A model generated the notes under the pieces. It was not told the origin of the DNA. It saw only the letters and a program-made list of their open reading frames with translations, and ran no database searches. Below are positions 31,820 through 40,871 of a stretch of DNA of 53,504 nucleotides, piece after piece. The first letter of the stretch is position 1. Each line of letters opens with the position of its first letter. This DNA comes from a virus, in the IMG/VR virus record IMGVR_UViG_3300032883_000088; one strand, 5' to 3'. The position numbers and the translations under genes were made by a program.

Positions 31820-31853
31820 TGGAACTTGAATATCCAAACTTCCTACATGGAGT
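31820..31853. repeat. 34-bp direct repeat, copy 2
   Basis: See 31547..31580; ends in the ATG (31847) of the next gene. Confidence 0.9.
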
Positions 31854-32506
31854 TTCAGATGATGAGTTGCGAGCAGGACCCCAACCTACCGAGGTGGACC
31901 GAAGTAAAAGACAGCGGCGAGCGCGAGCGGAAGGACACAAATCCGAAGGATCGAGTAGCAACAAGTCGCCTGGACCTAAGTTTGTTCCCCGACACTGCTG
32001 TTGCGTACGGCGCACTCGCCATGTCAGAGGGAGATGCCAAGTACGGCGGATATAATTATCGCATCGCAGGAGTACGCGCGTCTGTCTACTACGCCGCGTG
32101 TAGGCGTCATCTTGGACGATGGTTTAATGGGCAATGGGTAGATAAGAAAACAGGGATTCCGAATCTTGCCAGTGCGTTGGCCTGTATTGCTATCCTGATC
32201 GACGCGGTAGAGTGCAACAAGTTGAATGACGACCGGCCACCTCCTGTTGATTTTGACGCCTTATTGGCCAAAACAGAATCCCTGATACGGAAACTCTACA
32301 ACATGTTCCCTAACGGCCCCCCACGTTATACTGCCTTAGTCTCGCTGGGGGATAAGCCGCAGTCAACCGCGAAAGGCACATTGCATCGTCGCGGTTTCTC
32401 CTCAACCCGCCGTGCCTTCGGAGTTGGGAACCCTATTGGAGGACGGCGGACGTATTGGGGCCGTCGTGTGGGCGATCTCAAACTCCATTGTCCCGGAGCG
32501 ATATAG
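31847..32506 (+). CDS. Protein with a dATP/dGTP-diphosphohydrolase N-terminal-like domain (family recalled as DUF5664) (219 aa)
   Basis: KDRVATSRLDLSLFPDTAVAYGALAMSEGDAKYGGYNYR ... YYAACRRHLGRWFNGQWVDKKTGIPNLASALACIAILID; the Arg-rich C-terminal 50 aa look less protein-like. Confidence 0.55.
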   Translation: MEFQMMSCEQDPNLPRWTEVKDSGERERKDTNPKDRVATSRLDLSLFPDTAVAYGALAMSEGDAKYGGYNYRIAGVRASVYYAACRRHLGRWFNGQWVDKKTGIPNLASALACIAILIDAVECNKLNDDRPPPVDFDALLAKTESLIRKLYNMFPNGPPRYTALVSLGDKPQSTAKGTLHRRGFSSTRRAFGVGNPIGGRRTYWGRRVGDLKLHCPGAI

Positions 32507-33501
32507 TGGACCTAAGTAATATCACCGAGGTCCGCAAGGTTGCGTTGCGTTCAACTGGGATGAGTGACCATGAAAAGTGTCCGCGGTATTTCTTATTTCG
32601 ACACCGGGCCGGGTTGGTCCCCAAGGGTGCGACCGCCCCCGCCCTTCAACGTGGTAACACATTCCACCGCATTGTGGCGGACCTTCTCCGTGGTAAATCA
32701 ATGCCCGCCGCCGAGTCTACCGCTTTCTCGGTAATGAACTCTGCCATCATGGACCTTGTTACCCAGGTCGGCCCAGCCGGTTATCTCCCCAGCGGCCAGA
32801 CGCTAGAGGAGGCAACCAAGGCAATCGAGGCCAACACGCGCGTTGCAATCGCCATGTCCCGTGCCTACGCCCGTTTCTTTCAGGTAGGCCCCGGCACGAT
32901 TTCCGGCCTCCGCGTCCTTGACAACGCAATCGAAGTTGACATATCATCCGACGACGGTGCGGTTGGTACTTTGGACGCCATCGCCGCCGACGATGCCCAC
33001 GGGGAAACGTGGGTTATAGACCACAAAACCTGTGGATGGGACTTGGTGCAATATGCACGCACTCTACCTTTGTCAGCCCAGTCTCTCTTGTATCCGCCGT
33101 TGGCCCGAAGCGTGGCTTCCGTTGCAGGCATCTGTTATAACATTATCAAGACTCCTACGATCCGTTGTTGCAAGACTGACGGCTTCGACTTGACCCGCTA
33201 TGCCGCGCGCGTAGAGAAATGGTACGAGGAGAATGAGAATGAAACCATGCTCCGTACTTTCATTCGCCCCTCGCCCGAATTGGTCGGCCTTTCTCAGCCT
33301 CGCCTTGACAATGCACGACGGGCGTGTATATCATTACCCGTGCTGTCCAACTTTCCAGCAACTGGTGGATCGGCTTGCCAGAGCTACAATACACTTTGCC
33401 CGTATATGGGACTCTGTACCCGTGACACTGCCGGTTGGCCCGGAGAACTGAAACGCTATGACCGCGATTGGAGAGACGACAATGACCCAGCAAGTGATTG
33501 A
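32506..33501 (+). CDS. PD-(D/E)XK nuclease of the Cas4/RecB type with Fe-S cysteines (about 331 aa)
   Basis: N-terminal EKCPRYF; GTLDAIAADD; WVIDHKT (D-x-K); SAQSLLYPPL (QxxxY); C-terminal CQSYNTLCPYMGLC. GTG 32506 start is tentative. Confidence 0.8.
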   Translation: MDLSNITEVRKVALRSTGMSDHEKCPRYFLFRHRAGLVPKGATAPALQRGNTFHRIVADLLRGKSMPAAESTAFSVMNSAIMDLVTQVGPAGYLPSGQTLEEATKAIEANTRVAIAMSRAYARFFQVGPGTISGLRVLDNAIEVDISSDDGAVGTLDAIAADDAHGETWVIDHKTCGWDLVQYARTLPLSAQSLLYPPLARSVASVAGICYNIIKTPTIRCCKTDGFDLTRYAARVEKWYEENENETMLRTFIRPSPELVGLSQPRLDNARRACISLPVLSNFPATGGSACQSYNTLCPYMGLCTRDTAGWPGELKRYDRDWRDDNDPASD

Positions 33502-34384
33502 GAATGTAGTAACGCACAAGCCGGTCAAGCTCCCGGCCGCACTCTCGAACGTGATGGAGGTCTCCCAGGGCTTCGAGTCCCCGGACCCCGACTCCCTTCG
33601 CATCGTAGTCATCGGCCGCGGCGGCTCCGGCAAGACCAGCTTCGTCGCTTCCAACCCGCAGTGTCTTCTGTTCGACCTGGAACGCCAACCCCGCACACTC
33701 ATCGACCCCCAGGCGACCTTCGTACGGATTAAGACTGCATCCACCAACGCCGCCGATGACTTCCGCAAGGGCATCGACGCCTTTCTCGCTGCGTACCGCA
33801 CCGACTCTACCCTCCGCGAGTCCATCAAGACTGTCGGCATCGACTCCTTCGACGCCTGGGTCGAGATGTTCCTTCGGGACCTCTGCACCAAGTTCGATCT
33901 TGAGGACGCCGGCGACTACAAGGGCGGGCACGGTAAGGGTTACTTCAAGGTCCGCGATGAGGTGTTCGACATTTTGGACCGCATCCACCGCGCGGGCCTC
34001 GGATGGGTCTTGGTCGCCCATATCTCCCTCAAGGAAGTCGGCGATGTTCAGGTTCCCGCGCTCGGCGTGAGTAAGTCCTTCCGCGACGTGTTAGTCCGCT
34101 CCCGTGATCTTATGTTTAAGGTCGACTGTGTTCCCGGCATGGTTCCACAAAAGACCAAGACCGGCCTGACCATCAACATCCCCAGCAAGAACCCCAAGGA
34201 CCGCCGTTATGTTCTCATTACAGATATGTCTACCACAGCCGAGGATTTCGACTCGCCCAAGTGTAATGTACCTGTTGAGTCAGGATTGGTTATCCCTGCC
34301 CGCGGGGGTTGGTCGGCTTTTCGGGTGGCTTATGCAAAGGCAGTAGACATCCGCCGCAAGGAACTCAGTACCCGCGTCGATTAA
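33482..34384 (+). CDS. AAA_24 / Sak4-like recombination ATPase (300 aa)
   Basis: RIVVIGRGGSGKTSF (Walker A), CLLFDLE, GWVLVAH; GGAGA 7 nt upstream of ATG 33482. Confidence 0.75.
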   Translation: MTQQVIENVVTHKPVKLPAALSNVMEVSQGFESPDPDSLRIVVIGRGGSGKTSFVASNPQCLLFDLERQPRTLIDPQATFVRIKTASTNAADDFRKGIDAFLAAYRTDSTLRESIKTVGIDSFDAWVEMFLRDLCTKFDLEDAGDYKGGHGKGYFKVRDEVFDILDRIHRAGLGWVLVAHISLKEVGDVQVPALGVSKSFRDVLVRSRDLMFKVDCVPGMVPQKTKTGLTINIPSKNPKDRRYVLITDMSTTAEDFDSPKCNVPVESGLVIPARGGWSAFRVAYAKAVDIRRKELSTRVD

Positions 34385-34452
34385 CTCTGCGCGGATGTGA
34401 TTGAACCGGCCGAATGAGAGCCGGAAGGTGTACACTTTCAGGAGAGAGTAGT

Positions 34453-34917
34453 ATGGGAAAAGACTTTGCAAGTGTGTTGGCGGGTTTCTGTGACGCCGCC
34501 AAGAAGACGACCATCCAGGAACGTGATCGCTCCGGCCCCCCGAACGGCGAGTATCACCTCCAGATGGTCAAGAAACTCAGTGAGGCCAAGACCAACCAGT
34601 ACGGCGCGTACGTCCAGACCAACCTCGGCTTCAAGATTCTGGACCCCAACGAGCAGCAGGACCGCGAGTTTACGGTCGTGTGGCTCATCAACACCACCAA
34701 AGAGGGCGACCTGAACTTTGGTGGGCAGAACTTCGTGCAGTTGGCCGGCATCCTCGCGGGTGAACCAATCGCGGACAACAACCCCGTGACCGCCGACTTG
34801 GTCATCACGGCCGCGTGCGACAAGGGCGACGTAATTCGCGCCCGCGTGTTCACCCGCAAGAACGGCTACACCGGCATCGAGGCGTTGTCCTTGGAAACCC
34901 CCGTGGACGTTGCCTAA
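34453..34917 (+). CDS. DUF669-like protein (putative ssDNA-binding partner of the AAA_24 ATPase) (154 aa)
   Basis: AGGAGA 7 nt upstream; PPNGEYHLQMVK ... LGFKILDP pattern, plus the conserved nuclease-ATPase-DUF669 gene order. Confidence 0.55.
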   Translation: MGKDFASVLAGFCDAAKKTTIQERDRSGPPNGEYHLQMVKKLSEAKTNQYGAYVQTNLGFKILDPNEQQDREFTVVWLINTTKEGDLNFGGQNFVQLAGILAGEPIADNNPVTADLVITAACDKGDVIRARVFTRKNGYTGIEALSLETPVDVA

Positions 34918-34960
34918 CGGCAACCTGTTTTGCGGCTCCGCCGCAGTTAGGAAAATCGAA

Positions 34961-35182
34961 ATGAGCACGTTGTTGACCTTCGAGGACGTGGCGGCCGAAT
35001 TGGGTACTACCCCGTCGCGTCTAAATTACGTCCTTAACCGAGACGGCATTACCGCTGCGGAACGCTCCGGGCGTGGTCGTGGCGGCGGTCGCATGTTCCT
35101 CCGTACCCAGTTGGCGACCATCAAGAAGAGCCTCGCGGTTACCCGCCAGTACATCCCGGGGGGCGTGGGCTGGATCCGGTAA
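34961..35182 (+). CDS. Small helix-turn-helix DNA-binding protein (73 aa)
   Basis: LTFEDVAAELGTTPSRLNYVLNRDGI (excisionase/MerR-like HTH). Confidence 0.5.
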   Translation: MSTLLTFEDVAAELGTTPSRLNYVLNRDGITAAERSGRGRGGGRMFLRTQLATIKKSLAVTRQYIPGGVGWIR

Positions 35183-35216
35183 TCTTTGTACGGCGACACC
35201 TGCCGGGACTCCGTGC

Positions 35217-35242
35217 GGATTGGTGGGGACCTCCTCCGCGCG
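35217..35242. repeat. 26-bp exact direct repeat, copy 2 (identical to 9145..9170)
   Basis: Lies 35 nt downstream of the HTH gene stop, in a region without a convincing ORF. Confidence 0.9.
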
Positions 35243-35388
35243 GCGTAAGTGGTGCGGCTACCGGGAGAGTCCGGTTATTTATCTATGGAACGAGTGCTTA
35301 GAGAGGTGTGGAATCCGTACTGCGGAAACTGGCGCGGTGTGATTGCCTCCCGCAGTTATTCCCTCTTTTTTGCCCTAGGTGTTGGTAA

Positions 35389-35934
35389 GTGGTGGATGTC
35401 CGTAGAGTGGTACTTGGGGCTATTCCCGACACAATGAGACGCGCGACGATCAACTTGAACGTATCCCGCCATCACCGCGCGCGGGGGCAACTGTATGGAA
35501 CCAAGATTGAAATTGGCGCGGGAGATTTACCAATGTCGCTCTTGCATGTCGTCCGCAATCTTCCCCTTCAATGGCGCGTATTTTGGCCTGGTATACATGC
35601 AGCAACACCTCCAATTCTGCGCGCATTGTGGGGGTGGGCGAGTGCCGATGGTTGGACCGCTGGCTACGCTTATGTCCGCCATGAGACAACAGGGGCTACG
35701 CGCGTGAAGTGGACCTGCTCACGTACCGCAATCCGCTTGCACACCGGCCAGGACCTGATCCCCCCGGGTAAGTGGACCGGCGAGTTGACCTGTGAGCCGG
35801 ACGAAGAGCAGCCCCTCCAGATCGCCTTGATCGCGCGCCCGTGCGTGTATGTTCCCCTTGAAGTCCCCGTGCTCCGCGGGGCGTTGACGGTCCCACTACC
35901 GGGAACTCTCCTCCCGCGTTTGGAGTTACCTTGA
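35389..35934 (+). CDS. Hypothetical protein (181 aa), coding status uncertain
   Basis: Longest ORF in 35183..36073, but several frames on both strands are open here; an alternative 70-aa zinc-ribbon ORF 35495..35707 overlaps. Confidence 0.3.
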   Translation: MVDVRRVVLGAIPDTMRRATINLNVSRHHRARGQLYGTKIEIGAGDLPMSLLHVVRNLPLQWRVFWPGIHAATPPILRALWGWASADGWTAGYAYVRHETTGATRVKWTCSRTAIRLHTGQDLIPPGKWTGELTCEPDEEQPLQIALIARPCVYVPLEVPVLRGALTVPLPGTLLPRLELP

Positions 35935-36073
35935 TCCCTTTGCATTGTTGGATGCCGGTTATCCGCCACAAAATAATTCGTCTATGGGTGCATACGCCTT
36001 GGAGGGTTATGGACAACGGATTTATCAAAGGTTATTGTAACTACGTTTTTTGCATTTTTGAATCAGGAGTTCA

Positions 36074-37234
36074 GTGAACCAGCTTGATGAACTCTACCGG
36101 GAGGCTTTCGCATGGGACCAAGTAAAGCTGGACGCTGTTCACCTTGCGATCGGGTGCTATCTGTGTCCCCGTTGGCCTGGAAAGCCCTCGCCGGCATGGG
36201 CCGCTCTTATTGGCTCTCCTTCTTGTGGGAAATCCACCATCCTGGGAATGTTCGAGGGTTTCCCCTTTACAGTGGACGTGGACCACATAACCCGTAACGC
36301 GCTGGCGTCGTGTTACTCCAGCGAGGACAACCCGACCGAGGACCATTCGTTTTTCCACCGGCTCTCGTACTCGACCAAGCCGGAGGGCGAAAAGGTGTGG
36401 GTCATCCAGGAACTCTCATCGTTCCTCGCCACGGACCCGATGATATTGGAGAAACAACTTGCGGACTTACGCGCTGCACACGTTGGCAAGCATTCGTCCC
36501 ACGGGGGGATGGGTGGGACTAGGGTGCGGGAGATCGGTCAATTTGGCATGGTTGTGGGCACAACCGAGGCGTTTGAGGTTATTCGGACGCGCATGAGTAC
36601 GTTCGGGGACCGCTTCCTGTCCATTCGTATGGCGTTGGAGGCGGATACCCCCGATGCGATGCTGACGGATGCGGCGACCGCCTGGCGCGCCGACTCCTCG
36701 CGCATGTTGGAGTTCAAGAAAAGGATCAAAGATGAAACCCATTCGGTCCTTTCACGGGGCATTGCATTCATTAGGGAGTTGAATGTTTCTGACATTCCCC
36801 GATCTGCGGAGTTTGAGCACAGATTGGCAACCTGGAGCAGTGTTCATTCCACGTTCGCTACGTTACCTGTCACCAGCGCAATCCTGGTTACGCGCGCGGG
36901 ACGCCCTTTTCGGATCGTAGAGCAGGTGAAGTCGTGGGGCAACACGCACGCGGTCTTGTGCGGACGAAAGGAGTGGGGCAAAGATGAGATGCGCATTGCG
37001 CGCCGCCTGTTACAAGACAGTATGGCGCGAACCAACTTTGATCTGCTACGTGCTTTGTGGCCGACAGGAGTTCGCTCTACGTCCGGGAACATGGACGTAT
37101 ACCGCCAGTGGGCCGCTTTGGGAGCAGTGGAAACGACGGACGGTCGAGGCATAGAATACGGCAGGGATCGCGGGGTGCGCCTCACCGAAGCGTACCGCCG
37201 CATGATAGAAGAAAGTGGGTATTTTGATGTTTAG
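36074..37234 (+). CDS. P-loop NTPase, candidate replicative helicase (386 aa)
   Basis: Walker A GSPSCGKST, Walker B-like VWVIQELS; CAGGAG 4 nt upstream of the GTG; no primase domain seen. Confidence 0.6.
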   Translation: MNQLDELYREAFAWDQVKLDAVHLAIGCYLCPRWPGKPSPAWAALIGSPSCGKSTILGMFEGFPFTVDVDHITRNALASCYSSEDNPTEDHSFFHRLSYSTKPEGEKVWVIQELSSFLATDPMILEKQLADLRAAHVGKHSSHGGMGGTRVREIGQFGMVVGTTEAFEVIRTRMSTFGDRFLSIRMALEADTPDAMLTDAATAWRADSSRMLEFKKRIKDETHSVLSRGIAFIRELNVSDIPRSAEFEHRLATWSSVHSTFATLPVTSAILVTRAGRPFRIVEQVKSWGNTHAVLCGRKEWGKDEMRIARRLLQDSMARTNFDLLRALWPTGVRSTSGNMDVYRQWAALGAVETTDGRGIEYGRDRGVRLTEAYRRMIEESGYFDV

Positions 37235-37769
37235 CAAAACGGTTGACGGGATTGAGATGAATCTGTGGGACCTGGACCCTGCGATCGTGACGGTGCCGCA
37301 TATTGCCAACTCACTCGCGCGGATCAATCGGTATGCCGGCCATTGGATCAACCCAATCTCCGTCGCGCGGCACTGCCTCTCGCTAGTCGATATACTCAAG
37401 AAGCAACACTGTCCTGTGGGGGTTCAGTTGCAGGGGTTGTTCCATGACGCATCCGAAGCCTATACCCAAGATATCCCCGCCCCTCTCAAGGATCGCCTAA
37501 GTATCCACGACGAGCGAGTTGGCTTAACGGTTTCCTACCGCGGATTTGAGGAGCGTTTGCTGGAACGCATCTACTATCGGTTGAGCATCCCGTGGCCAAT
37601 CGCCCCTGAAGTGCTATTCGTGGATGGCGACATATACGAAAAGGAGCTTCCCATCATTCGCGGGCAGGTGCGACCGCCGTACGGAAATGATCCAGAGACC
37701 GCGGCACTCGTGTTCATCAATCGCGCGAAGGTACTCATGCACGAGTGCGGAATCCTGTGGAGGGATTAG
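37227..37769 (+). CDS. HD-domain metal-dependent phosphohydrolase (180 aa)
   Basis: SVARHCL ... LFHDASEAYTQDIPAPLK ... VDGD. Confidence 0.65.
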   Translation: MFSKTVDGIEMNLWDLDPAIVTVPHIANSLARINRYAGHWINPISVARHCLSLVDILKKQHCPVGVQLQGLFHDASEAYTQDIPAPLKDRLSIHDERVGLTVSYRGFEERLLERIYYRLSIPWPIAPEVLFVDGDIYEKELPIIRGQVRPPYGNDPETAALVFINRAKVLMHECGILWRD

Positions 37770-40700
37770 TCGGTCGGGAAACTTTGCGGGATGTTGCGGT
37801 AGCGGGAGATTGCGTATGGGTCCAGGGTGTCCAACAAGCCCATATCATTGGTGTAGTTCGGCGCGGGACCAGTCATTGGCTTACGTAATCCACTGGAGAC
37901 TGCGCCCGCTACACCTGTTTGGGCAATTGCGGCTTGGTATTGTGGACGTGCCTCCCGTGGTAATGCGGCAAGTTCGCGCTCCACGCGCGTTAGGTTCCGG
38001 CGCTCTTGCATCAAGCCGATCTGTTGGGGAGTGATTGCAATTTTATGGCCAAATCGCCTCTCATATTCAGTCTCGATCCCCGCTGCCTTCCGTGGATCGT
38101 TAGCGAAGAGGGCATCCGTGTAATTGCGACGGGTCTCCCGCATCAATTCGGCATCCTTCGTCAGGCGTTGCGCAATTTGGGCCTCCTGGTCGATATCGCC
38201 GCCGTGGATTCCTAATGCGTACTTTGTTATTTCCCAGGGCGAGTAGTACCCAGTCAGGCTTCCCTGCCCGGTGTATACCGGGATACGGCCCGTTAAAGCA
38301 TTGGCACCTGCATAGTCCGCGTATTTACGCCCTAGCCATCTCGCTGTGGTTTGAGGTATGTTCGCAGGTCCAGGGATCATTCCAATTGCGCGCGACAACC
38401 CCACCCCACCGGGAATGAGCAATGGTAATTGTCGATGTAGTGTATCCCAGTCGCCGCTCAACGTACTTGCTACCCCTGCCCCAAGTGCAATTACCGGAGG
38501 AACTATGGGGAGGGGTGCTAGTATATTTCCTTTTTCGTTGATAGGCGTGAACATGGGGGAGATACCGCCCATGAGCGCATCGCCCAGGTTCAGGCCGAGA
38601 ACGTCGCCAACTTCCTTCGTGATATAGATGCCCGCGATCTGGCGCATCAACCGACCGGGGTTGCCGGTCAATGCGTCCTGTACGCCTTCGGTCGTGAACT
38701 CCAACGTACGCACAGGGAATTGCGCCAACTGCCGCAGCAGCGGGTTGGAGAATACGCCTGCGGATTGGAATGCCATAGGAGTTGTGGACAATCCGCTTAC
38801 AAGTTGGGACCGTACGACCACTTGCCGCGCGAACTTAACCGCCTCCGCACTTGATCTTTCCATTCCCCCATCTACAGCGTGTAGCAATCCACCATAGAAC
38901 GCGCCGAGGCGGTTGTTAGTCTCGGTTGCGGTGAACATGGCCATTGACGCACGTTGTATCTTTTGCCACAGGCTGATACTGGAGGGTGCAGTCTTTTGGA
39001 TTCGATACGCGGCGTCCATAGCCCGCCCTAACACCTCGCCTGTCACCGGATCGTCGATTAACCCCGCCGCTGCGAACTCCGGGAACGCCTTGCTTAACGC
39101 ATTGGCATGAGATAGGTCATCCTCGAACCGACTGCGAAAGTAGGTACCGTAACCTTTTGCAGCCTCTAGTTGCCCCCTAAACATGTTCTTGAACCCCACC
39201 ATCGCCCCGGTCGAGAACACCGGCTGGAATCCGTTCTTGAACGCCGCACTAGGGTTCAGTCCGAGCGTGTTCATGTAGAAGTAACTCGACGCGGTCATTG
39301 TCAACCCGCGTAGAGAGAATGCGCCGAGGCTGTTCAGTTGGGCGTCCTTCATCCAATCAACGAATTTGTCTCCCGCCAATTCCCGCACGGACGGCCGATC
39401 CAACCACGCAACGATTTGTCCCATGCGCTGATCCCAGAGGTTCGCATTGATGACCTGTCGCGGCGTCGGCTTCCCCAGCGCACTAGGGATAACAGTATTC
39501 TCCAATACGTGTACCCGCCAAGCGGCTCGTGCATCCCCGCCTGCTGCCAATGCCTTTGCGCGATTGAGTTCGCCCATCATGCGCTCACCGTTACCCATGA
39601 TAGTCCAGGCGAAGGTATTCTTGACGGAGTGGTAATACTGCGCGAGGACGGGGTTCAGGCGCATACTGTATTGCTTAGGCATGTTATCCGCTAGCGCAGT
39701 AGCGAACAGCGGTCGCTCTCCTTCGTCGATCAAATCCGCCCCGCGAGATAGAATGTCGTCCAGGGGTCTACGCTCTAGGGCGGCAACGGAGCGCTCACTC
39801 ATCCCGGCCTCGCGGAATCCGTCAACCAAACCATCTTTGACCTTATTGGTAATGCGCATGTAGACATTTTTGTCCACTGCGTCCCCCATGACCATGAGGT
39901 CCTGGAGGTTAGGGATCATTCCTCCCTTACGTTGATAGAACTCCCGGCCGAGGAAGTTCATCATTTTATACTGCGACGTGCGTTTGAATTTTATGTCACT
40001 CGCGGTTGCAAGAGCCGCGTCGCGTAGCATCTTGATGTCCAACTCCGTCCGCACTGCCCGCAGTGGTACATAGTTGGGAAGACCCTGGTAAGTTCCATCC
40101 CCCTTACCCAACATGGATACTATCTGCTCTAGCCCTTCATCGGGATAGCCGGTATCCCGCATTCGCTTAGCCCCGGCCCGCAGGGACGCCATGTATTCCG
40201 GGTTCTGGAATATAGTCTCCTTTGTATCATTCAATGCCCCCCGTACCGCATCCCGGTACTCAAGAAGTTCCGGGGTCATTCTACCCTTTACACCGGGGAA
40301 GAGTATACCTTCATCCTTAAACCCCGGAATCCCCTCATTGTGCCAGTTAGCTGCATGGGCAAAGGCGTCCATCTGCTCCTGCGCCGTCATCGTGTGCCCA
40401 GTGGTCTTTTCAAATTTGGCGAGCGCGGGAGCCAACCGCTTAGACATGGACTCGCCCCAAATCCATTCCTGCGCCGCCTGAGTATTGTCAAGGATTTCGG
40501 GAACCACGGTGTCCTTGAATGCCACACGCGCGCCGGCAAAGCTCCGCATCCACGGAACCTTGGACATCATTCCTTCCACGCCCTCCCGCACCTTGAACAT
40601 ATTGCGGGCGGTGGGAATGGGGAATATGAACGTGCCAACTACTGCGGCGAGTACGGCGGGGTTTGTGATGGCCGATAGAACGCGGCCCTTAAAGGAATCC

Positions 40701-40870
40701 CTGGGGATGCCCCACTTATTCAGGAGCGTATCTCGTTCCGCTGGGCCAAGGTCCTCCGGTGTGAGCATGGCGCGCCATGTACCATCTACATCACCGCTGA
40801 GTAGATTCTGGATTGCTTGCCCCGGCCGATCGAGGGCGGTTACAGGCTGATCGCTGAACTGGAACGGCAC
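37766..40870 (-). CDS. Very large virion protein (1034 aa), candidate internal/ejection protein
   Basis: Last gene of the late operon; size and position only. Confidence 0.5.
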   Translation of the reverse strand: MPFQFSDQPVTALDRPGQAIQNLLSGDVDGTWRAMLTPEDLGPAERDTLLNKWGIPRDSFKGRVLSAITNPAVLAAVVGTFIFPIPTARNMFKVREGVEGMMSKVPWMRSFAGARVAFKDTVVPEILDNTQAAQEWIWGESMSKRLAPALAKFEKTTGHTMTAQEQMDAFAHAANWHNEGIPGFKDEGILFPGVKGRMTPELLEYRDAVRGALNDTKETIFQNPEYMASLRAGAKRMRDTGYPDEGLEQIVSMLGKGDGTYQGLPNYVPLRAVRTELDIKMLRDAALATASDIKFKRTSQYKMMNFLGREFYQRKGGMIPNLQDLMVMGDAVDKNVYMRITNKVKDGLVDGFREAGMSERSVAALERRPLDDILSRGADLIDEGERPLFATALADNMPKQYSMRLNPVLAQYYHSVKNTFAWTIMGNGERMMGELNRAKALAAGGDARAAWRVHVLENTVIPSALGKPTPRQVINANLWDQRMGQIVAWLDRPSVRELAGDKFVDWMKDAQLNSLGAFSLRGLTMTASSYFYMNTLGLNPSAAFKNGFQPVFSTGAMVGFKNMFRGQLEAAKGYGTYFRSRFEDDLSHANALSKAFPEFAAAGLIDDPVTGEVLGRAMDAAYRIQKTAPSSISLWQKIQRASMAMFTATETNNRLGAFYGGLLHAVDGGMERSSAEAVKFARQVVVRSQLVSGLSTTPMAFQSAGVFSNPLLRQLAQFPVRTLEFTTEGVQDALTGNPGRLMRQIAGIYITKEVGDVLGLNLGDALMGGISPMFTPINEKGNILAPLPIVPPVIALGAGVASTLSGDWDTLHRQLPLLIPGGVGLSRAIGMIPGPANIPQTTARWLGRKYADYAGANALTGRIPVYTGQGSLTGYYSPWEITKYALGIHGGDIDQEAQIAQRLTKDAELMRETRRNYTDALFANDPRKAAGIETEYERRFGHKIAITPQQIGLMQERRNLTRVERELAALPREARPQYQAAIAQTGVAGAVSSGLRKPMTGPAPNYTNDMGLLDTLDPYAISRYRNIPQSFPTD

Positions 40871-40871
40871 A

